From the IMG/VR virus record IMGVR_UViG_3300038312_000251: 64,000 nt of DNA; one strand, written 5' to 3'. Position numbers and translations under genes: made by a program. This document shows positions 58,931-64,000 of the stretch, one piece after another; within the stretch, counting starts at the first letter, position 1, and each line of letters starts with the position of its first letter. This DNA comes from an uncultured virus (IMG/VR IMGVR_UViG_3300038312_000251) (taxonomy: Duplodnaviria > Heunggongvirae > Uroviricota > Caudoviricetes). Below the pieces are notes generated by a model that worked only from the letters and a program-made list of their open reading frames with translations, had not been told where the DNA came from and made no database searches.

Positions 58931-60612
58931 AACATTGATTTTAATTTATCTACATCAATATCTATACTTGATAAATCTAAATCAACGTCAATATCTACAA
59001 ATTTACCGTTGGATAATGGCAATCTATTAATTTTTTCAATCGGTATTTCTAAAATTTCGCCATTTTCTAATTTGATTTCCCAAAATTCTGGCGGTGAAAC
59101 TCTAACAGAATTTAAAAAACGTTCAAACATTAATCCGTATTTCAATGGGTCAACATCAGTAATATGAAGACAATAAGCAATTAAACTTCCGCAAACAGAA
59201 CCACGTCCTGTTCCTACATTTATATCATTATCTTTACACCACTTTATTATATCCCAAAGTATCATAAAATAATCAACCAAGCCGTTGGGAACTATAACAG
59301 AACATTCTGTTTCAATGCGTTCCATGTATATTTTCAGATTCTTTGAAGGTAAATGCCCCAACCTTTCACTTATCCCCTTTTCCAGCTCTTTAAAAAATAA
59401 CTCATTAACATCATCTACCTCAAAATGAGGCAATTTACGCTCTCCTGTATTTATCTTGAAATCTACTTCATCGACAAATTCAGAAACATTTATTATACCA
59501 GTTGTGATAGCTTCAAACAAAGGCTCTACGTTCTCAATCCATTCTGAATAAGAATTAATGGTGTCACCAACGCTTTTAAAATATTGGTCTTCAGATTCAG
59601 GATAAACTTTTTTGTTGATTTTATTTAACATTGATTTCAATTCACTTTCTTCTTTATCAAGATAAAATGAATCATTAATCAATATTGGTTTTAACAATTT
59701 ACGATAATTACATAAATAGGCATCTAAATTTTCAAGATGTTTTTTAAATAATTGTTGGGAATTGAATTCAACGGTATCAATTTGATAAAAAACCTTATCA
59801 AAACTTTTCTTGTATTTAGCTATTAATTTAACCGCTTCTTTTCGGTCATCTTTAACGTGATTGAATTCGCTTTCCTTCGGCACTACGCAGCAAAGTCCTT
59901 TACCTAATGTATAAAGTATCGCATCTGGAATGAAACCATTGTATTCAACGTTTACAGCTTTATTTATGAGTAACAAATTTTTCCAACCCTCATAATTTAA
60001 AACATATAATTTCAATTCAAATATTTCCTGATTTGATTTGTCTTTTGAATAATCTTTTGCTACAACTACAGTTTCACCAATTATGGATTTAATTCCTTTC
60101 TTTTCACAAGCAGCCTGAAATGATAAAGTTCCAGCCATAGTATTTTTATCGCAAATACCAAGTGCTTTACATTTTAAAAAAGCTCCTTTTTTTACCCATA
60201 GTTCAGCAGAACCTGAACCGTTCATCATTTCATATTCAGAATGAACTCCTAAATGAGCAAAATCCATTATGAACGGTTCACTGGTTTCTCCGATATATTT
60301 GAAATCGTTGAATTCAGGTTTAAATATCATTTCATTGTATCGGTTTTTATCTTTCTTTATTCCCGAATAATAAAACTTAGAACCAAACTCAAATAAAACA
60401 AAATCAACCCTGTTTTCTTCTAAAATATCAAACTCTTCATCGGAAAGCATAAAAGCAAAATCTTCATCAATAACTTTACCGTCAAAAGAATGAAGATATA
60501 AAAACGTTCCAAAATCTTTTATGGAAATAATATCAGAGTCATCCATTTTTGACTCTGATACTTCCATTTTATTCAGCTCTATCCAATTTGATAAACTATC
60601 TGTCATAATCAC
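58927..60612 (-). CDS. dnaE: DNA polymerase III alpha, N-terminal fragment (PHP domain to FERFLN) plus 55-aa extra tail
   Basis: [46 protein letters not shown]. Confidence 0.9.
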   Translation of the reverse strand: MIMTDSLSNWIELNKMEVSESKMDDSDIISIKDFGTFLYLHSFDGKVIDEDFAFMLSDEEFDILEENRVDFVLFEFGSKFYYSGIKKDKNRYNEMIFKPEFNDFKYIGETSEPFIMDFAHLGVHSEYEMMNGSGSAELWVKKGAFLKCKALGICDKNTMAGTLSFQAACEKKGIKSIIGETVVVAKDYSKDKSNQEIFELKLYVLNYEGWKNLLLINKAVNVEYNGFIPDAILYTLGKGLCCVVPKESEFNHVKDDRKEAVKLIAKYKKSFDKVFYQIDTVEFNSQQLFKKHLENLDAYLCNYRKLLKPILINDSFYLDKEESELKSMLNKINKKVYPESEDQYFKSVGDTINSYSEWIENVEPLFEAITTGIINVSEFVDEVDFKINTGERKLPHFEVDDVNELFFKELEKGISERLGHLPSKNLKIYMERIETECSVIVPNGLVDYFMILWDIIKWCKDNDINVGTGRGSVCGSLIAYCLHITDVDPLKYGLMFERFLNSVRVSPPEFWEIKLENGEILEIPIEKINRLPLSNGKFVDIDVDLDLSSIDIDVDKLKSML

Positions 60613-61835
60613 AATTTTCCTAAATACTCATGTTCCATTTCATTAGATAACCTTGAAACAAAAAAGTTTTTAGCAAGCATAAACACGTCCCAATTGTAAT
60701 TTTCGGTGTCAGCTTCCAATACTTCAATATCAGAAATTGCTATATGTCTTGCTACATCTTTTTCGGTATCGTTTTCAGCATAAGCAATTTTAACCTTGTA
60801 ATTCAAATAAATTTTCAATATCTGATAAGAACTATAAAGGTATGAAGAAAAGTTTGCTAACTGCTGGATTTCATCCTCCATTTCAGTATCTCCGCTCCAT
60901 ATCCTAAACAGATTTCTAATTATAGTTTGAAGATTATATTCAATCTCACGGAAACGATTTACAGGAATTTCATGACTGAAGTTGAAATCAATTTTTATTT
61001 CCTTAGCTCCGTAATTTTTATACATATCGCCAACAACTTCTTCTCCATCTCTTTCTTTGACAAAAATATCATTCATTACTTTTGCCGTTTTATTCCATTT
61101 ATAAATGTGAAGACTTTGAGAATTATGAGTTTGTGTTCCAAGCTCTATTCCCAAAGCTCCAGCCATTAACTCGGTTAAAAAACTGAATTGGAAAATATTT
61201 GTCGGCAATCCCCAATGCAAATCATTACTTCTATTCTGAATTGTTGTAATCAATTTACCATCTCTTATCTTCATCATGATAATATCGTTACAAGGTATGT
61301 CTTTCGTTTTATACCCTAAATCAAAGTTTGGGTTCCAAATAGATAAAACAACTTGACGTGAATTTGGATTTTCTGAAAATAATCTTATTGCATCAATTAC
61401 TTGGTCATACCCCTTAGATGCTTCCAAAAATACGTCATCAATAAATGAATCTTCAGTTCTTATTCCCCAATGTCTCAATCGGTAACCATATGGGGCGTGA
61501 AAAGTTTTTCCATCGTCAGAAAAATCAGACATCCTTTTATTAAACATTGTTAAAAAATGTACGTCCTTTTTGCCAGTTGCTATCCACATTGCTTCAGCCA
61601 ATAAAAAGAAAATGTTTATATCTCTTTTATATCCGCCAACGCATCTACGATATGGATTCAATAACTGTGTCTTAAAATCAAGAACTTCTTTAACTTCACC
61701 ATCACGGCTTTCTTCAAAATCTTTTTTATTGAAAATGTACCAATTCATAACAGGATACATTTCTGAAAAACTCTCTGTAATTGCTACCCCAAGTTCAGGA
61801 ACAAGAACGTTATTAACATCAATTTCACGATTCAT
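60609..61835 (-). CDS. thymidylate-synthase-family enzyme, probable dUMP hydroxymethylase
   Basis: [29 protein letters not shown] (Asn implies dUMP specificity; RSND..WG is typical of phage hydroxymethylases), SLHIY; ~400 aa. Confidence 0.7.
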   Translation of the reverse strand: MNREIDVNNVLVPELGVAITESFSEMYPVMNWYIFNKKDFEESRDGEVKEVLDFKTQLLNPYRRCVGGYKRDINIFFLLAEAMWIATGKKDVHFLTMFNKRMSDFSDDGKTFHAPYGYRLRHWGIRTEDSFIDDVFLEASKGYDQVIDAIRLFSENPNSRQVVLSIWNPNFDLGYKTKDIPCNDIIMMKIRDGKLITTIQNRSNDLHWGLPTNIFQFSFLTELMAGALGIELGTQTHNSQSLHIYKWNKTAKVMNDIFVKERDGEEVVGDMYKNYGAKEIKIDFNFSHEIPVNRFREIEYNLQTIIRNLFRIWSGDTEMEDEIQQLANFSSYLYSSYQILKIYLNYKVKIAYAENDTEKDVARHIAISDIEVLEADTENYNWDVFMLAKNFFVSRLSNEMEHEYLGKL

Positions 61836-61907
61836 AATTAATCAACTTTATATTTATATCTTCTTTTATTTTCTCGCTTTATAACTATGTTAGATAACTC
61901 TGTGCGA

Positions 61908-61940
61908 TAAAAAAGGAGAACATTTTCATGCTCTCCTTTC
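61908..61940 (-). terminator. intrinsic terminator
   Basis: AAAGGAGA...TCTCCTTT stem followed by a U-run on the minus strand. Confidence 0.6.
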
Positions 61941-61959
61941 TATTAAAACAACAAGTCAA

Positions 61960-63060
61960 TTATTTCTTTTTTGTCGTCTTTTTTGCTGGTTTTTTAACCG
62001 CTTTTTTAGCAGGCTTTTTTGGAGCTTCTTCCGCTTCTTCATCATCTTCTTCAGGCTCTTCCACTTCTTCAGGCTCTTCCACCTTAGCAGCAGTTTTCTT
62101 TGAAGGTGATTTCTTGTTCAGATTTTCTTCCATCTTTTTACGGTTTTCTCCCAACTTTTTGTCGATTTTCTGAACCGTGGCGGTGATGTGCTCCATCAAA
62201 CTTTCGATGACTTCCAACGCTTCTTCAAGGGTGATTGCTTTCAAAAGTGGGGCACCGCTCCAGCAAATTTCATATTCAATTCCTGCTTTGTCCAAAATTT
62301 CAACTGACTTGGTGAAAGTAAGTAAGTAAAGATTACACTTGATTGATTCATCAGCCTGAAGAGAACAATTTTCAACAAGAACCATGGAACGTTGAGAGTT
62401 TTTACCTTTATGTTTGATAGTCACTCCAGCAGACGCAACCCAAGAATACGCATATTCACTTTCAGGAAACAGCTCTTTCAAGGGAGCAAAATGTTGTCTG
62501 TCTTCTTCATTGTTTTTGGGGTCAAGTTTAGTCCCACGTTTTCCAACTTTTTTGTCAGCCGTTTTCTTTTCCTTAGCAGCGGCAGGTTTCTTTTCCTTAG
62601 CAGGAGCAGCTTTCTTTGGAGTTTCTTCAACTTCTTCTTCTTCTACTTCCTCAACTGAGGAACGAATTGCTTCACGGATATCATCGTCAGACATAGACTT
62701 TTTAACTTTTACGTCAAGGTCATTTTCCTTAATAAAGTCTTTCAACTCCGCTCTTGACATTCCATCAAAGTCATCGCTTTCTTCAGCTTCTTCTTCGTCA
62801 TCCTCTTCAGCTTCTTCTTCCTCAACTTCTTCAGCCAAATCATCGTTTTCAGCTTCTTCAGGGTCAGTAGTTTCCTCAACTTCTTCAACGAAAGATTCAG
62901 CAATCTCAACCAAGGTGTCGGTGTCTTCTTCTTCCATTCCGTCAATACCATTACTGGTAAGGATTTCAAGCAGTTGTTCACGTGCTTCTTCTTCAGTTTT
63001 CGCATTAATTCCTAATGCTTTCACTCTTTTTGCATTTGCTGCATTCAATTTTGTTGCCAT
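61960..63060 (-). CDS. acidic/Lys-Ala-rich protein sharing a helical module with the SSB tail
   Basis: DGMSRAELKDFIKENDLDVKVKKSMSDDDIREAIR; histone-H1-like KKPAKK C-terminus. Confidence 0.7.
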   Translation of the reverse strand: MATKLNAANAKRVKALGINAKTEEEAREQLLEILTSNGIDGMEEEDTDTLVEIAESFVEEVEETTDPEEAENDDLAEEVEEEEAEEDDEEEAEESDDFDGMSRAELKDFIKENDLDVKVKKSMSDDDIREAIRSSVEEVEEEEVEETPKKAAPAKEKKPAAAKEKKTADKKVGKRGTKLDPKNNEEDRQHFAPLKELFPESEYAYSWVASAGVTIKHKGKNSQRSMVLVENCSLQADESIKCNLYLLTFTKSVEILDKAGIEYEICWSGAPLLKAITLEEALEVIESLMEHITATVQKIDKKLGENRKKMEENLNKKSPSKKTAAKVEEPEEVEEPEEDDEEAEEAPKKPAKKAVKKPAKKTTKKK

Positions 63061-63115
63061 TTTTTTACGATTTAAAATTGTTTGTTACTATTAAAACTTT
63101 GTTATTGTTAATTTG

Positions 63116-63757
63116 TTATTCTTCATCTAAACTGTAGCTTGAATAAACTTTTCTTTGTTGTAGTAAATCACTGCCGTATTTTTGAATCAAATAACTCTTT
63201 TGCATCTCTATTATATCTGCTACAGTAAAAGGTTCATCCCCACTATCAATCACTTGTTTCCTCATTTTTTTCTCATCATTGTTAAAATAAACTTTGTTAA
63301 GAATTTTTGTATTGTAACCCCGCAAGAAAAGACTGAAAACCGCTCTTTCTTTTCCCGTCAACCCTTCCAAAAGGTCAACACCCTTTACTATAAATTTGTT
63401 TTTTTCTGGCGAAATATTGGTATCATCTTCAACTCCATAATCATAATGTATGTCGTCAATTCTCATTTTGTAGTTTTCCCGACTTATATACTTCATGAAA
63501 TCACGCATCTTATTAGAACAAGCTGCTTCCAAATAGTATTTAATGGGAACTGGTTTTGTGGCTTCATTTCTGCGATATTTGGCCCATCGCCTTCCGTAAG
63601 ATTTAATTGAAGTGAAAATTTTAATCTTGAATTCTTGAACTAAATCTTCAAATTCAAAAGATAATTCCTCATAGGAGAAAATTTTGCTGGCATATCTATT
63701 AGCAAGATATTCATACCTGAAGTAAAGTTTCTCAGATATTTTGATGTTTTTGCCCAT
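63116..63757 (-). CDS. sigma-70-family sigma factor-like protein
   Basis: Y.YLA.RYA.K...FEDLVQE..IKI, Y....C.NK.RD; LT.KERAVF.LFL.GY. Confidence 0.65.
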   Translation of the reverse strand: MGKNIKISEKLYFRYEYLANRYASKIFSYEELSFEFEDLVQEFKIKIFTSIKSYGRRWAKYRRNEATKPVPIKYYLEAACSNKMRDFMKYISRENYKMRIDDIHYDYGVEDDTNISPEKNKFIVKGVDLLEGLTGKERAVFSLFLRGYNTKILNKVYFNNDEKKMRKQVIDSGDEPFTVADIIEMQKSYLIQKYGSDLLQQRKVYSSYSLDEE

Positions 63758-63789
63758 TTGATTTACGATTTTATTTACAATTTCTGCTA

Positions 63790-63820
63790 CGAAATTAATA
63801 CCTTTTTTTTAAACGGCAAA
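63790..63820 (-). promoter_or_regulatory. Bacteroidota sigma-A type promoter (one mismatch in -7 box)
   Basis: TTTG-CCGTTTAAAAAAAAGGTAT(19 nt)-TAATTTCG upstream of the sigma-like gene. Confidence 0.65.
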
Positions 63821-64000
63821 ATTTTTAGTAAAAAATTATTGGGTTTGCCCAAAGATTTAACTATTGTTAAGAAAAACCCCAGGCAAACCCAACTATTTCT
63901 GTGTTACGTCAATACTATAAAATTCTACAAATTTCATCTTTATTAGCAGTTTCATATTCTTGTAACTTTGCCGAATAAAGAATTAAAGTTCCATCTTCAT

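Noticed and set aside
58080..59094. Group I intron or canonical split intein in dnaE
   Set aside because: ORFs abut by ATGA overlaps with no recognisable intron core, and intein catalytic residues are not evident; not fully excluded without RT-PCR
1..64000. Plus-strand ORFs in the track (e.g. 335..844, 41585..42100, 62414..63094)
   Set aside because: All are antisense shadows of long minus-strand genes, with Phe/Ser/Ile-rich composition expected from reverse-complemented Lys/Glu codons
1..64000. Stop-codon reassignment, as seen in some gut Bacteroidota phages
   Set aside because: Conserved genes are full length under the standard code, and TAA, TGA and TAG all end genes at sensible boundaries
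1..64000. CRISPR array, DGR or retron
   Set aside because: No regularly spaced repeats, cas genes or reverse transcriptase seen; the only tandem repeats are coding

Overview
This window is 64 kb of a large, AT-rich, tailed dsDNA phage. Every credible gene is on the minus strand, genes are tightly packed (many ATGA overlaps), and the standard genetic code fits. Three Bacteroidota-type sigma-A promoters (TTTG-N19-TAnnTTTG) point to a Bacteroidota host. The window encodes head and packaging genes (portal, TerL, TerS-like, MuF-like), a tail-fibre/lysis block, nucleotide metabolism (class II RNR, dUTPase, a thymidylate-synthase-family probable dUMP hydroxymethylase), recombination/replication genes (RecA, SbcCD, RuvC-like, SSB, two UvrD-like helicases, DnaE), two sigma-like factors and four GIY-YIG/NUMOD3 homing endonucleases. 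Four things stand out: (1) a circularly permuted, very compact two-piece tmRNA gene with an unusual tag (GKTIQMFPTQLRAVA); (2) a dispersed set of enzymes suggesting an hmU-based, sugar-containing DNA hypermodification pathway; (3) a shared ~25-aa 'GD.HP...W.W....DWR' module on otherwise unrelated proteins (kinase/ART-like, ATPase, zincin), usually right after a putative K-A maturation site, which may be a capsid-cargo loading tag; (4) a dnaE gene fractured at its catalytic motif by a homing endonuclease, with no intron or intact intein visible. All family assignments are by eye from motifs; no database searches were run.
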